DNA of 64,000 nucleotides from an uncultured Chloroflexia bacterium (GTDB lineage Bacteria; Chloroflexota; Chloroflexia; Thermomicrobiales; UBA6265): NCBI GenBank assembly GCA_963741795.1, contig CAVUJM010000036.1, positions 20,994 to 84,993 of the forward strand, read 5' to 3'. Shown piece by piece: positions 54,844 to 64,000 of this stretch (position 1 is its first letter; each line of letters starts with the position of its first letter). The notes under the pieces were generated by a model. It saw only the letters and a program-made list of their open reading frames with translations, ran no database searches and was not told where the DNA came from. The position numbers and the translations under genes were made by a program.

Positions 54844-56265
54844 ATGACCACAGGAATGCATGATGCCGATCGCCAGGTGATCGGCGACATCTGGACCAGC
54901 GACGAAGCGTACCGAAACCTCGAGGAGCTGACCGACGTCATCGGTTCACGGTGGGCCGGAAGCGAGAGCGAGCACAAGGGTGGCGAGTTCCTGAAGTCGA
55001 AGCTGGAAGAGTACGGTCTCCAGAACGTGCATCTCGAGCCGATCGAGTTCGGCGCCTGGACGCGCGGACACTGCACGCTCACGGTCACCGCGCCGGTCGA
55101 GAAGGAGATCTCGGTTATCGCCCTGCCCTACTGCCCGGCCGGCGATATCGAGGCGGCGCTCATCGACGGCGGGAACGGCGAGCAGGACGACATCGAGCAA
55201 CTTGGTGACGCGGTCAAGGGCAAGCTCGTGCTCGTGGCGGCGGAAACCGATCCGGCCGGTGCGAAGGTCGCCAAGCTGGCGCACCGCAACGACAAGATGC
55301 GCTTCGCGGCCGATGCCGGAGCCGCCGGGGTCGTGTTCGTGAACCAGAACATGGGCCTCTTGCGCATCACGGGCGGCATCGGCGCGCCGGGCGGCAAGCC
55401 CAACCCCATCTTCGGCATCGGCACGTCGTGGGAGCACGGACAGGCGCTGAAGCGGATGCTCAAGCGGCATGGCGGCGAGATCACCGTGAAGCTCTCCGTC
55501 GGCGGCGAGTTCTTCGAGAACACCTCGTACAACGTTGTGGGCGACATCCCCGGTCACAGGCATCCGGAGGAGTTGATCGTCGTCGGCGCCCACTACGACG
55601 GCCATGACATCTCGCAGGCTGCGCTGGACGACGGCGCCGGCACGATCGTCGCCCTGGAGACGGCCCGCGCGCTTGCGGCCCTGCCGAAAGAAGCGATCGA
55701 TCGAACGATTCGCTTCGTGCTTTTCTGTGGCGAGGAAGTTGGCCTCTTCGGCTCGTGGGGCTATGCCGCCGCTCATGAGGATGAGGCGAAGACGACTCGC
55801 TTCATGCTCAACCTCGACGGCGCGGGACGCGGAAAAGGCGGCACGGAATCCGTGACGCTTTCCGGCCGGCCGGAGCTGGTGCCGTGGCTGGAGGCGTTCC
55901 GGGACGAAGCGCACTACGAGTTCAAGATCGTCGATCTCCTGAACTCGCACTCCGACCACTACCCGTTCGCGATTCGCGGAATCCCCTCGGCCACGCTCAT
56001 GAGCGAGGACGATTCGTCGACCATGGTCGGCCGCGGCTGGGGCCACACCGAGGCAGACACGCTCGACAAGGCATCGCTACGCGGCCTTCAGATGTCCGCC
56101 GTGCTCACCGCCCGGCTGCTGCTCCGCATGGCCGCGGACAACGCCTTCCCGGCCGACATGACGCCGGCTGACAAGATGCGGCAGCAACTGGAGGAGATGG
56201 GCCTCGACACCGCGCTCAAGCGCTCCGGGCGCTGGAAGCTGGTCGGGGGATCCGCGACCGCGTAA
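54844..56265 (+). CDS. M28-family aminopeptidase
   Basis: The metal-ligand blocks are VVGAHYDGHDISQAALDDGAGTIVALE, FCGEEVGLFGS and SDHYPF. Confidence 0.85.
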   Translation: MTTGMHDADRQVIGDIWTSDEAYRNLEELTDVIGSRWAGSESEHKGGEFLKSKLEEYGLQNVHLEPIEFGAWTRGHCTLTVTAPVEKEISVIALPYCPAGDIEAALIDGGNGEQDDIEQLGDAVKGKLVLVAAETDPAGAKVAKLAHRNDKMRFAADAGAAGVVFVNQNMGLLRITGGIGAPGGKPNPIFGIGTSWEHGQALKRMLKRHGGEITVKLSVGGEFFENTSYNVVGDIPGHRHPEELIVVGAHYDGHDISQAALDDGAGTIVALETARALAALPKEAIDRTIRFVLFCGEEVGLFGSWGYAAAHEDEAKTTRFMLNLDGAGRGKGGTESVTLSGRPELVPWLEAFRDEAHYEFKIVDLLNSHSDHYPFAIRGIPSATLMSEDDSSTMVGRGWGHTEADTLDKASLRGLQMSAVLTARLLLRMAADNAFPADMTPADKMRQQLEEMGLDTALKRSGRWKLVGGSATA

Positions 56266-56355
56266 CACGATGGCCGAACCGGGTCGACACGCGGTCCTTC
56301 CGATTCGGCCATCGCGATCCAGGGGAGGACGTTGCGTCCTCCCCTGCTCCACTCG

Positions 56356-57622
56356 TTACCCGGCGCCCTCCGCCCACAAGCGTGCAACCTCGACGCACAG
56401 TTGGGTCGCCATGGCCATGTCCTGCACGCTGATCCACTCGAGCGGGCCATGGATGTCCTGCATGCCGGTGAACAGGTTTGGCGTCGGGAACGCCCATCTC
56501 CGTGAGGCGAGATCCGTCGGTCCCGCCACGCGTCGGCGTCGAGAACGTCTCCACACCGAGGTTCGCGGCCGCCGCCTTCGCCAGATCGACCGGGCGCATG
56601 TCGTCTTCGAGCCAATAGCGCATGTTGCGATACTGCGGCGTGATCTCGCAGGTGATCTTCGCCCGTGGCTCCGTCGCGGCAACCGTGTCGCACACCTGCT
56701 TCAGCAGCTCGCCGTGCGACGCGAGACCGTCGCGCTCGAAATCGCGCAGGATGAACTCGAGCGTCGCCTCGGCCGCCCCGCCGCGCATGTTGTAGACGTG
56801 GATGAAGCCGTCACGGCCGTCTGTTGTCTCCGGGGTGCGAGTGACATGCGGCAGCGCGTCGATGATCTTCGCCGCGAGGTGCAGGGCGTTGACCAGCGTG
56901 TCCTTCGCCTGCCCCGGATGGGCTGAGACGCCGTGGATTTTCACGACCGCCTTATCGGCGGAGAACGTCTCAAAGACGATCTCACCTCGCTCGCCCCCAT
57001 CGAGGGTGTAGGCGACGTCAGCCCGCAAGTCCTTCGGCAACTGCTGATGCACGCCTCGGCCGATCTCCTCGTCCGGCGTGAAGCACACGCGAATCTCCCC
57101 ATGAGGGACGTCCGGATGCTGCAGCAGGTGCTCGGCCATCGTCATCACGATCGCCACACCGGCCTTGTCGTCCGCGCCGAGCAACGTCTTGCCGCTGGCG
57201 GTGATGATGTCGTCGCCCTTGCGTTTGCCAAGATACGTTGAGGTCGCCGGTGAGAGCACGAGGCCTGGATCGTCCGGATAGGTGATATCACCGCCGTCAT
57301 ATGCGCGATGGACACGCGGTTTGACGCCGGAGCCGCTGAACGCCGCTGTGGTGTCGACATGCCCGAGGAACGCCACAACCGGCACATCGCTCTCGGTCGT
57401 GGCCGGCACGGTCCCGATCACCGCGCCATAGTCGGTGAGCTTGACGTCCTGGACGCCGATCCCCGTCAGCTCCTCGACGAGCACGTTCAGCAAGTCATAC
57501 TGTTTCTCCGTGCTTGGCGATGTCGGCGAATCCTCGTCGCTGGTCGTGTCGATCTGCACGTATCGCAGCAGCCGGTCTTCGAGCGCCTTCTCCATCATTG
57601 CCTCCATCAGGGGTCCTGTCAT
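56356..57622 (-). CDS. pepT: Peptidase T (M20B tripeptidase); frame change near 56487
   Basis: Motifs are LLRYVQIDTTSDE, FLGHVDT, LGADDKAGVA, FTPDEEIG and RGGTDGSRLTEMG. The conserved C-terminus TPNLFTGMQDIHGPLEWISVQDM lies in another frame (track ORF 56356..56682). Removing one C from the CCC run (plus-strand GGG at 56486-56488) joins the two. The uncorrected ORF runs on to 56216 and would overlap the M28 gene. Confidence 0.85.
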
Positions 57623-57705
57623 CGTCCGTTACGCAGCCTTGCGCCGCGTCCATTGCCCGACAATGGTCCGGTGAGCAGAGAGGATTGGCAAGGCCCGTGC
57701 GAAGG

Positions 57706-58593
57706 ATGGTCCCGGACGCAATGAGGCGTCTCGAACGAAAGGTTCCAGTTTTGACACCTCGCACCATCATCCTCACCGGCGCCAGCGACGGGATCGGCGC
57801 CGCGGCAGCCCGCGAGCTCGCCCGCGACGGTGCCCATCTCGTGCTTGTCGGCCGCTCGCCGGAGAAGACAAACGCGATTGCCGACGAGGTCGGCGCCGAC
57901 CGCTTCGATGCCGACTTCGCCCGTCTCGACGACGTGCGCACCCTCGCCGAAACCCTGGTCGAGCGCTATCCGCGTATCGACGCGCTGGTGAACAACGCCG
58001 GCGGCATCTTCGGCGACCGCCAGCGCACGGTGGACGGCTTCGAGCGCACCCTTCAGGTGAACCATCTCGCCCCGTTCCTGCTGACCAACGTGCTGATGGA
58101 CCGCCTCGTGGAAAGCAACGCGAGCGTCATCAACACATCCAGCGTCGCCGCCCGCCTCTTCGGGAACATCGACCTCGATGACCTGCAGAACGAGCGCAGC
58201 TTCTCCGCGAACAAGGCCTACGGCGACTCCAAGCTCGCCAACATCCTGTTCACCAAGGGACTGCACCGCCATTTCCATGGCCAGGGCATCAACGCGGCCG
58301 CGTTCCATCCGGGCGTGGTGGGCACCAGCTTTGCGCGGGACACCAGCAGCGCGATGCGCTTCCTGTACCAGACGCCGCTGAGCAAGGTGCTCACCGTGAG
58401 CCCCGAGAAGGGCGCCGACACCCTGCTCTGGCTCCTGCGCAGCACACCGGGCGACGATTGGCGATCGGGCGAGTACTACGAGAAGCGCAAGCCGGGCAAG
58501 ACGAACCCGCAGGCTCAAGAGGCCACGCTGGTTGACAGCTTGTGGGAGCGCAGTGCCGAGATGGTTGGCCTCCCCGCCGCCTCCCTTCGCTGA
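57706..58593 (+). CDS. Short-chain dehydrogenase/reductase (SDR)
   Basis: Motifs are TGASDGIGAAAA (TGxxxGxG), NNAG and YGDSK (YxxxK). I chose the ATG at 57706; the ORF is open from 57514. Confidence 0.85.
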   Translation: MVPDAMRRLERKVPVLTPRTIILTGASDGIGAAAARELARDGAHLVLVGRSPEKTNAIADEVGADRFDADFARLDDVRTLAETLVERYPRIDALVNNAGGIFGDRQRTVDGFERTLQVNHLAPFLLTNVLMDRLVESNASVINTSSVAARLFGNIDLDDLQNERSFSANKAYGDSKLANILFTKGLHRHFHGQGINAAAFHPGVVGTSFARDTSSAMRFLYQTPLSKVLTVSPEKGADTLLWLLRSTPGDDWRSGEYYEKRKPGKTNPQAQEATLVDSLWERSAEMVGLPAASLR

Positions 58594-58599
58594 TCATCC

Positions 58600-58645
58600 A
58601 TGCGGAAGCCCCCGTCCGGGTCTCCCGGGTCGGGGGCTTCCGCAT
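58600..58645. terminator. Long GC-rich hairpin between convergent genes (15-bp perfect outer stem, inner palindrome), no clear U-tract
   Basis: The outer stem is ATGCGGAAGCCCCCG ... CGGGGGCTTCCGCAT, enclosing CCGGG-tct-CCCGG. It lies between the SDR stop (58593) and the stop of the minus-strand small gene (58663). Confidence 0.5.
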
Positions 58646-58662
58646 GCTCCGCGCAGTTTCGA

Positions 58663-59073
58663 TCACTCGCGCATGGATACCGGAGGTTCGAGCACTTCCT
58701 TGACGAGGAAGGCCGTGCGGATCGACTCCTTGCCTCCTATGGCGCGACGGATGCGTCGCGCGGACGACGGCCCGGCCGCCGGCGCCGGTTCACGTCGATC
58801 GCGAACCGGTCGCGCCGGCCGATCCTCGACGTGCGCCAGGTCGACGCGCAACTCCAGCGAATCCTCTCGTGCATGCGACACCCCCTGACGCACTGGGGGA
58901 ACTGCGCCGCCGCTTTCCATGAAGCTCCGCGGGCTCCCCACCATCCCGCGCCGCTGCGGCCCGCCACCGCGGGTCCGACCCGGCAGGAACCGCGAGAACA
59001 GCGTGCGCAGCCAGATGAAGGCCACGCCGCCAATGATCAGGGCAGGAATCAGGAAATCGAGGAGAAAGCCCAT
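58663..59073 (-). CDS. Small membrane-anchored protein downstream of floA (hypothetical)
   Basis: The ATG at 59073 lies 8 nt after GAAGGA, inside the end of floA. An N-terminal TM helix (FLLDFLIPALIIGGVAFIWL) is followed by an Arg/Pro/Gly-rich tail and a C-terminal block IRRAIGGKESIRTAFLVKEVLEPP. Confidence 0.45.
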   Translation of the reverse strand: MGFLLDFLIPALIIGGVAFIWLRTLFSRFLPGRTRGGGPQRRGMVGSPRSFMESGGAVPPVRQGVSHAREDSLELRVDLAHVEDRPARPVRDRREPAPAAGPSSARRIRRAIGGKESIRTAFLVKEVLEPPVSMRE

Positions 59074-59078
59074 GGCGC

Positions 59079-60023
59079 CTATCCTTCGTCCCCGGCGATC
59101 GAGCCGCGCATTCGCGTGTCCGCCTGCACGTTCTCCATCTTGTAGTAATCCATAACGCCCAGCCGGCCGCTACGGAACGCCTCGGCGAGCGCCAATGGCA
59201 CCTGCGCCTCGGCCTCGACCACTTTGGCCCGCATCTCCTGCTCGGCAGCCATCGCCATCGCCCGCCGCTCCTCGGCCTTGGCTTGGGCGATGTTCTTGTC
59301 CGCTTGCGCCTGGTCCGTTTGCAGCTCGGCACCGATGTTTCGGCCGACGTCGACATCGGCGATATCGATCGAGAGGATCTCGTATGCCGTTCCCTGGTCC
59401 AACCCGCGCTCCAACACGTACTTCGAGATCTGGTCCGGGTTCTCGAGAACTTCCTTATGGGACTTCGCCGAGCCGATGCTCGACACCGTGCCCTCGCCGA
59501 CCCGGGCGATAATCGTCTCCTCGCCCGCGCCGCCGACAAGCCGTTCGATGTTCGCGCGCACCGTCACGCGCGCCACCGCGACGAGCTGGATGCCGTCTTT
59601 TGCCACCGCCGAGACGCGCGGCGTCTGGATCACCTTCGGGTTCACGCTCACCTGCACCGCTTCGAGCACATCGCGGCCGGCGAGGTCGATCGCTGTCGCC
59701 CGCTGCCACGGAAGCTCGATGTTCGCGCGGTCCGCGGAAATGAGCGCCTGGACGACGCGCTGCACGTCACCGCCAGCAAGGTAATGCGCCTCCATTTGAC
59801 CGACCTTCAGGTCGAGATCAGCCTTGATCGCGCTGATATAGGGACGGATGATGTCGTTGGGGTTCACCTTGCGCAGGCGCATGCCGACCAACGTACCGAG
59901 GCTCACGCGGGCGCCGGAGAAGATCGCGGTGATCCAGAGTCCCACGGGGACGAAGTAGAAGAAGAACGCGATCAGCGCGATGAGGATCACGATCGTGACG
60001 AGTAAGCCGATATTAATGTCCAC
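59079..60023 (-). CDS. floA: Flotillin-like protein FloA (SPFH domain, UPF0365/YqfA family)
   Basis: The sequence [31 protein letters not shown]...[44 protein letters not shown] matches FloA/YqfA closely. The gene lies downstream of nfeD. Confidence 0.9.
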   Translation of the reverse strand: MDINIGLLVTIVILIALIAFFFYFVPVGLWITAIFSGARVSLGTLVGMRLRKVNPNDIIRPYISAIKADLDLKVGQMEAHYLAGGDVQRVVQALISADRANIELPWQRATAIDLAGRDVLEAVQVSVNPKVIQTPRVSAVAKDGIQLVAVARVTVRANIERLVGGAGEETIIARVGEGTVSSIGSAKSHKEVLENPDQISKYVLERGLDQGTAYEILSIDIADVDVGRNIGAELQTDQAQADKNIAQAKAEERRAMAMAAEQEMRAKVVEAEAQVPLALAEAFRSGRLGVMDYYKMENVQADTRMRGSIAGDEG

Positions 60024-60116
60024 TGCCGATTCCCTTGGTGTATGCCTGTGTCCGGTCGTGTCCGTGCCGGCCTGCGATGCCGGTCGCCCGCGCGTCCATG
60101 CCCTTTCCGGGTATTC

Positions 60117-61445
60117 CTACAAACCTGTTGGGTCGTGATGTTCCCTGAGTGCGGTATGGCCACGATCATCCCGCTGGACACGCTCGTTGCCACCGGTGAG
60201 GCGGACCAGCCATCCCGGCTGATCAGGCTCGCGGCCGCCATCGTCCACCGTCGCCGAGAGACTCAATCCCTCCAGGCCGCGCGGCAAACCGGTCGCCGTC
60301 GGGATGACCCGTGGCAGCAGGTACAGGAACGCGATGACCAGGACGATCATGCCGGCGAGCGTCGCGACGACAATGCCGAGCACGTCACTCGCCTCGCGCG
60401 CGAAGCCTTCATCGCCGAAATCGCGCATCGTCATGGTGAGCACGAGCCCGGCGACCAATGAGATCGTGCCGCCGATCCCCGCGAGACCGAAACCCGGGAT
60501 AACGAACACTTCGAGCCCGATGAGCACCAGCCCAATGCCGATCAGGAGCAGGTCCTCCCAACCGGCCAGCCCGGTCAACAGGTAGCCCCAGAAGAACAGC
60601 CCGAGCGCCGCTGCGCCAACCACCGCCGCGATCCCGAAGCCTTCGATGAACCCATCGACAACGATGAGGCCAAGGCCAAGCAGGACGAGCAGCGAGCCGA
60701 CGAACGGATCGGTGACCCAGGAGACCACACGCTCCCAGAACGTCATCTCTGCCCGCACGACGGGTGCGCCGGAGAGGCCCAGCTCGCTGAGCAACGTGTC
60801 CTGGTCAGCGGCGATACCGTCGGCATAGCCATTCGCCTGTGCCTGCTCGACGCTGAGGGTGAGCAGCGAGGAGCTGGAATCCAGACCCTCAACAACCACG
60901 GCAGGGTCAACCATCGCCTCGGCGATGAGCGGATCCCGTCCCTGCTCTTCGGCCGTCGCCCGGAATACCGAGCGAACGGCGGAAATGGTCTTTTCGCTGG
61001 CCGTCTCACCAGTCGCGCCGTCGATGGGGGTCGCCGCGCCAAATACGCCAGCAGGGGCCATCCAGATCTGGTCGCTGGCGATGGTGATCAACGCGCCGGC
61101 GGAGAACGCCTCGCGGTTGACCCAGGCGACGACGGGGATTTCGGTGTCCAGGATGCGATCGCGCATCGCGAGGACCGTGTCCAGGCGGCCGCCCGGTGTA
61201 TTGATATCGAGGATGATCGTGGCCGCGCCGGAGTCCTCGGCCTCGGTGATAGCGCGATCGAGGTACTCGCCCATGCCCGGCTCGATCGTGCCCTGGATCG
61301 GGATGATCACGACCGGGTTCTCGGCCGTTTGGGCGCCGACAGTAACACCCGAGACCGATGAGACGAGGATGAGCAGCAAGCCGATCAGGCTCGCGATATG
61401 AGGAAACGCCCGGGTACGATGAAAGGATGGCGTGTGGGACGTCAT
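60117..61445 (-). CDS. NfeD-family membrane-bound ClpP-class serine protease
   Basis: After a signal peptide comes the ClpP-like domain (IILDINTPGGRLD, AFSAGALI). A block of TM helices and a C-terminal OB-like segment follow. The gene has the classical pairing with an SPFH gene. Confidence 0.85.
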   Translation of the reverse strand: MTSHTPSFHRTRAFPHIASLIGLLLILVSSVSGVTVGAQTAENPVVIIPIQGTIEPGMGEYLDRAITEAEDSGAATIILDINTPGGRLDTVLAMRDRILDTEIPVVAWVNREAFSAGALITIASDQIWMAPAGVFGAATPIDGATGETASEKTISAVRSVFRATAEEQGRDPLIAEAMVDPAVVVEGLDSSSSLLTLSVEQAQANGYADGIAADQDTLLSELGLSGAPVVRAEMTFWERVVSWVTDPFVGSLLVLLGLGLIVVDGFIEGFGIAAVVGAAALGLFFWGYLLTGLAGWEDLLLIGIGLVLIGLEVFVIPGFGLAGIGGTISLVAGLVLTMTMRDFGDEGFAREASDVLGIVVATLAGMIVLVIAFLYLLPRVIPTATGLPRGLEGLSLSATVDDGGREPDQPGWLVRLTGGNERVQRDDRGHTALREHHDPTGL

Positions 61446-61514
61446 GGCTGGGACCTTCCAGGATATGTCTTTAGTCTTGGCTAAATGATACCACGTCCCA
61501 GGCCCCGGCGTCGG

Positions 61515-62324
61515 TCAACGATCGCCTGTTCCCCCCTCCGGCACATACTTGCCATGGTCGGGAACCGCAATATCGTCAAAATGTGTGACCAGGTCAGCAA
61601 GACCATCCCGCAACTCATCTCCGGACATCGGCGTGCCGTGCCCCGTTGCGGCGATGGAGGGCTTCAGATCCGCCAGCCGTTCAACCGATGATCGCGCGGC
61701 GATCCAGTCAGGCGTGAAATACGCCGGTGGACCATGGACGCCCTTCTTCTGCTGCATGACCTCGTACAGCGACTCTTGCTGGGTCGTCACGAACGCGTCG
61801 CCGGCGATCAGCAGCCGGTCGTCCTCACGGAACAGGGAGATATGGCCCTCGCTGTGGCCGGGCGTGTGGATCCAGCGCCATCCCGGCATGTGCGGGACGC
61901 TGCCATCCTCCGGCAGGGGCCGGACGCGCGCGCCGAAGTCGTTCGCCTTGTTCGGGTATGCGAACGAGAGCAACGCCATCGCGCCCTTGCCGACGCCGGG
62001 GTCGGGTTCCGGATAGTCCTTCCCGCCGGTGAGGAACGGCACCTCCAGCGGATGGGCGTAGATCGGGACATCCCAGGTCGCGAAGAGCTCGGGGAAGCCC
62101 CCGACATGGTCGAAGTGCCCGTGGGTCATGATGTAGGCGCTCGGTGGGTTGCCCTCGCCGAACCGCTCGGCGGCGGCGCGCATGATGTCGTCGGCACACC
62201 CCTGGAGGCCGGCGTCGACCAGCACCCACTCGTCGGCCGTTCCGCACATGTACATGTTCACGAAGAGAAACCGGATCCGGGCGACGTCTGGTGCGACTTC
62301 ATCGATAGTGAGTGCAAGCGACAT
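61515..62324 (-). CDS. MBL-fold metallo-hydrolase
   Basis: Motifs are THGHFDHVGG (HxHxDH), HTPGHSEGH and ATGHG. The ATG at 62324 follows GGAGGA. Confidence 0.85.
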   Translation of the reverse strand: MSLALTIDEVAPDVARIRFLFVNMYMCGTADEWVLVDAGLQGCADDIMRAAAERFGEGNPPSAYIMTHGHFDHVGGFPELFATWDVPIYAHPLEVPFLTGGKDYPEPDPGVGKGAMALLSFAYPNKANDFGARVRPLPEDGSVPHMPGWRWIHTPGHSEGHISLFREDDRLLIAGDAFVTTQQESLYEVMQQKKGVHGPPAYFTPDWIAARSSVERLADLKPSIAATGHGTPMSGDELRDGLADLVTHFDDIAVPDHGKYVPEGGTGDR

Positions 62325-62397
62325 GGTCCGGTCCTCCGGTGATGCGGGCCTCGCGCCCGCTCGTCTTCCGGGTACCGACATGCAGGAAGCGTGCCCC

Positions 62398-62976
62398 CTA
62401 GTCATTTGCCTTTAGGGGGAAGCTACGCGCGAAGAGCTCGGGGTACTGCAGGACGACGCCGTCCTCATCAACCGCGATGTCGGCGGTGAACTCCCCTCCC
62501 TGGGACGTGTAGCGCACGGTGGAGGCGTCGATGCGCGTGTACCGCTGCTCTGCCCGTTTCAGCTCCAGCGAAGGAAGCGCGATGTACGCGACGGAGATGT
62601 CGCGCTCCTCGCCCGGCTGCAGGTCGAGTCGGCGCACCGGCAGGGTATTGGTCAGCGGCGACCACTGGATGTCGACATCAATCACCCCGTCGAGCGAGGG
62701 GATGCGCCGCTCGTCCGCGTCGGTCCAGACGCCCTCGCCGTTCGCAAGCAGGTGCAGCGCGGCCATGCTGCCCGGCTCCTGCTCGGCCATGATCCGGATC
62801 TCGAGGGTGCGGAACGCCTTGTCGACAACCAGCGTGTAGCCGCCGCGCACGATCTGTCCGTCGTGCTCGCGCACGATCATGCTGTCGAAGACATTCCAGC
62901 CGGGATGCGACTGGTCCACGCGCACATGCTCGAAGCCAGCGGCATCAAGCGCCTGCCAGAGGTATTCCTGCTTCAT
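62398..62976 (-). CDS. DUF1089 / putative glycolipid-binding family protein (tentative)
   Basis: The 192-aa soluble protein has the blocks WQALDAAGFEHVRV, YTLVVDKAFRTLEIRI and DVDIQWSPLTNTLPVRRL, which resemble the Glycolipid_bind (DUF1089) family as I recall it. Confidence 0.55.
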   Translation of the reverse strand: MKQEYLWQALDAAGFEHVRVDQSHPGWNVFDSMIVREHDGQIVRGGYTLVVDKAFRTLEIRIMAEQEPGSMAALHLLANGEGVWTDADERRIPSLDGVIDVDIQWSPLTNTLPVRRLDLQPGEERDISVAYIALPSLELKRAEQRYTRIDASTVRYTSQGGEFTADIAVDEDGVVLQYPELFARSFPLKAND

Positions 62977-63049
62977 CCTGATCGCTCCTTAACGAGACAG
63001 CCGCCCGGGCCTTCACCCGAGGCGGCTGCCATCTCGATTCGCGGCGGTC

Positions 63050-64000
63050 CTAGCCGAAGATTTCGGCCGCGACCCGCGCGATCTTGAATCCGTACGATGT
63101 GTCGGTGGCCCAGGTGCCGCCAAGGTCTTCGAGCGTCACGATGTCCCCGGCCCATCCGGCCTTGAACACGTTCTCATACCCGATGTCGACGCCCTGCAGC
63201 ACTGCCGGCAGCGGCTCCCGATCACCGTACACCTCCGCGTGCATGTGCGCCATCTGCGCCCGCGCCGAGACGGTCCCGCTCTCGAAGCCCGGGCTCGCCC
63301 CGTGGGTCGACGGGTCATCGTTGATCTGGAGCCCGGCCGGGTTCAGCCGCTCCTTCCACCAGTAGCTCTTCCAGTACCCGGTCTCGAGGGCGGACTGGGC
63401 GACCAGCAGCGATGGATCGAGGCCGATCTCCGGCGCGAGCCGGTAGATCTCGTTGATGTACTTCTCGACCTCATCCATCCGCACCGCGCCGTTGCGCTGG
63501 GCGAACGCGATGGCCTGCGTCGCCGTCCCGCGTACGGGGCCCTGGATCGTATTCGTCCAGTGATACCCCTGATTTGACTGGATCTCCGGCCACGGCTTCG
63601 GAATCACCGTCACCGGATTCGGCGTCGGGATCGGCGCCGTCGCGGTCGGCTTCGGCGTCACCGCCGTTGGCTTCGGCGTGGGCGGAACCTGCGTTGGCAC
63701 GGGGGTCGGTGGCACCTTGGTCGGCACCGGCGTCGGCGGGATCGTCGGCTGCGGCGCGGTCGACGGCGTGATGTCCAGGTACGTGCTGAACCCCCAGCCG
63801 GTCTTGCCGTTATAGCTGACGGAGTGGAAGCCGTTCGACTGCTGCCCGGTCAGGACCACCGTCGCGCCGGCCGGCATGACCGTGACCACGTCGTACGTCG
63901 TCGCCGGACCGGACCGCATGTTCAGCGTCTCGGTCACGCGTGCCGAGCTGGTCGGCCGGGTCTCGGTGTCCTTCGGCGTGATCCAGTCACGGTGCGCCCA
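63050..64000 (-). CDS. Cell-wall hydrolase: SH3b domain(s) + Pro/Thr-rich linker + glucosaminidase-like domain (5' end outside the window)
   Basis: The SH3b block is LNMRSGPATTYDVVTVMPAGATVVLTGQQSNGFHSVSYNGKTGWGFSTYL. The linker is PTIPPTPVPTKVPPTPVPTQVPPTPKPTAVTPKPTATAPIPTP. The C-terminal block AQSALETGYWKS is typical of mannosyl-glycoprotein endo-beta-N-acetylglucosaminidase-like domains. The frame stays open to the window edge. Confidence 0.75.
   Translation of the reverse strand, partial: WAHRDWITPKDTETRPTSSARVTETLNMRSGPATTYDVVTVMPAGATVVLTGQQSNGFHSVSYNGKTGWGFSTYLDITPSTAPQPTIPPTPVPTKVPPTPVPTQVPPTPKPTAVTPKPTATAPIPTPNPVTVIPKPWPEIQSNQGYHWTNTIQGPVRGTATQAIAFAQRNGAVRMDEVEKYINEIYRLAPEIGLDPSLLVAQSALETGYWKSYWWKERLNPAGLQINDDPSTHGASPGFESGTVSARAQMAHMHAEVYGDREPLPAVLQGVDIGYENVFKAGWAGDIVTLEDLGGTWATDTSYGFKIARVAAEIFG

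Noticed and set aside
1-64000. CRISPR arrays, IS elements/transposases, integrases, prophage genes, rRNA
   Set aside because: Reading both strands, I saw no regularly spaced direct repeats, no DDE/serine/tyrosine recombinase motifs and no rRNA-like sequence.

Overview
This is a high-GC bacterial chromosomal window with about 45 protein genes. It has no rRNA, CRISPR array or recognisable IS/transposase. The taxon cannot be fixed from the sequence. The gene content (NfeD-FloA, PPDK, Tat signals, very large GT84/GH94 gene) fits a Chloroflexota/Thermomicrobia-like or actinobacterial organism, but that is only an inference.

Blocks:
- (i) 0.45-5.3 kb: a same-strand run of a DUF1269 membrane protein, a Vps62-like protein with a polytopic membrane domain, and a HerA/FtsK-type P-loop ATPase. 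The ATPase stop codon shares one base with the start of a minimal 2-TM K+ channel (TVGYGD filter).
- (ii) 5.8-19.4 kb: a minus-strand glycoconjugate/EPS-type locus. It holds two polytopic membrane proteins, a secreted beta-propeller phytase fused to a beta-helix domain, a Wzx-like flippase, three GT2 glycosyltransferases and an HprK-like P-loop kinase. A short histidine kinase and a LuxR-type response regulator lie upstream.
- (iii) 20.8-34.4 kb: the most interesting region, a hybrid RiPP cluster. It encodes an NHLP-type precursor whose predicted 29-residue core has 21 Cys/Ser/Thr. It also encodes a fused E1-like/YcaO cyclodehydratase, a SagB dehydrogenase, a radical SAM enzyme with a long N-terminal extension, a LanM-like enzyme with a degenerate and frame-broken cyclase domain, and a C39 protease-membrane protein with no ATPase domain. 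A methyltransferase, a SnoaL-like protein, a Tat-exported protein and a P450 flank it.
- (iv) 34.7-43.9 kb: a giant cyclic beta-1,2-glucan synthase-like gene. Its first 2331 codons are intact, but its GH94-like tail is scattered over all three frames.
- (v) 44-64 kb: housekeeping genes. These are SGNH hydrolase, 1-Cys peroxiredoxin, a sugar ABC importer, phosphoribosyltransferase, PPDK, M28 peptidase, PepT, SDR, NfeD-FloA, MBL hydrolase and an SH3b-glucosaminidase.

Several genes show single-base frame changes (near 2200, 27490, 30600-30900, 41580-43600 and 56487). Whether these are assembly indels or real gene decay cannot be decided from the sequence alone. All functional calls rest on motifs I recognised by eye in the translations; no database search was run.
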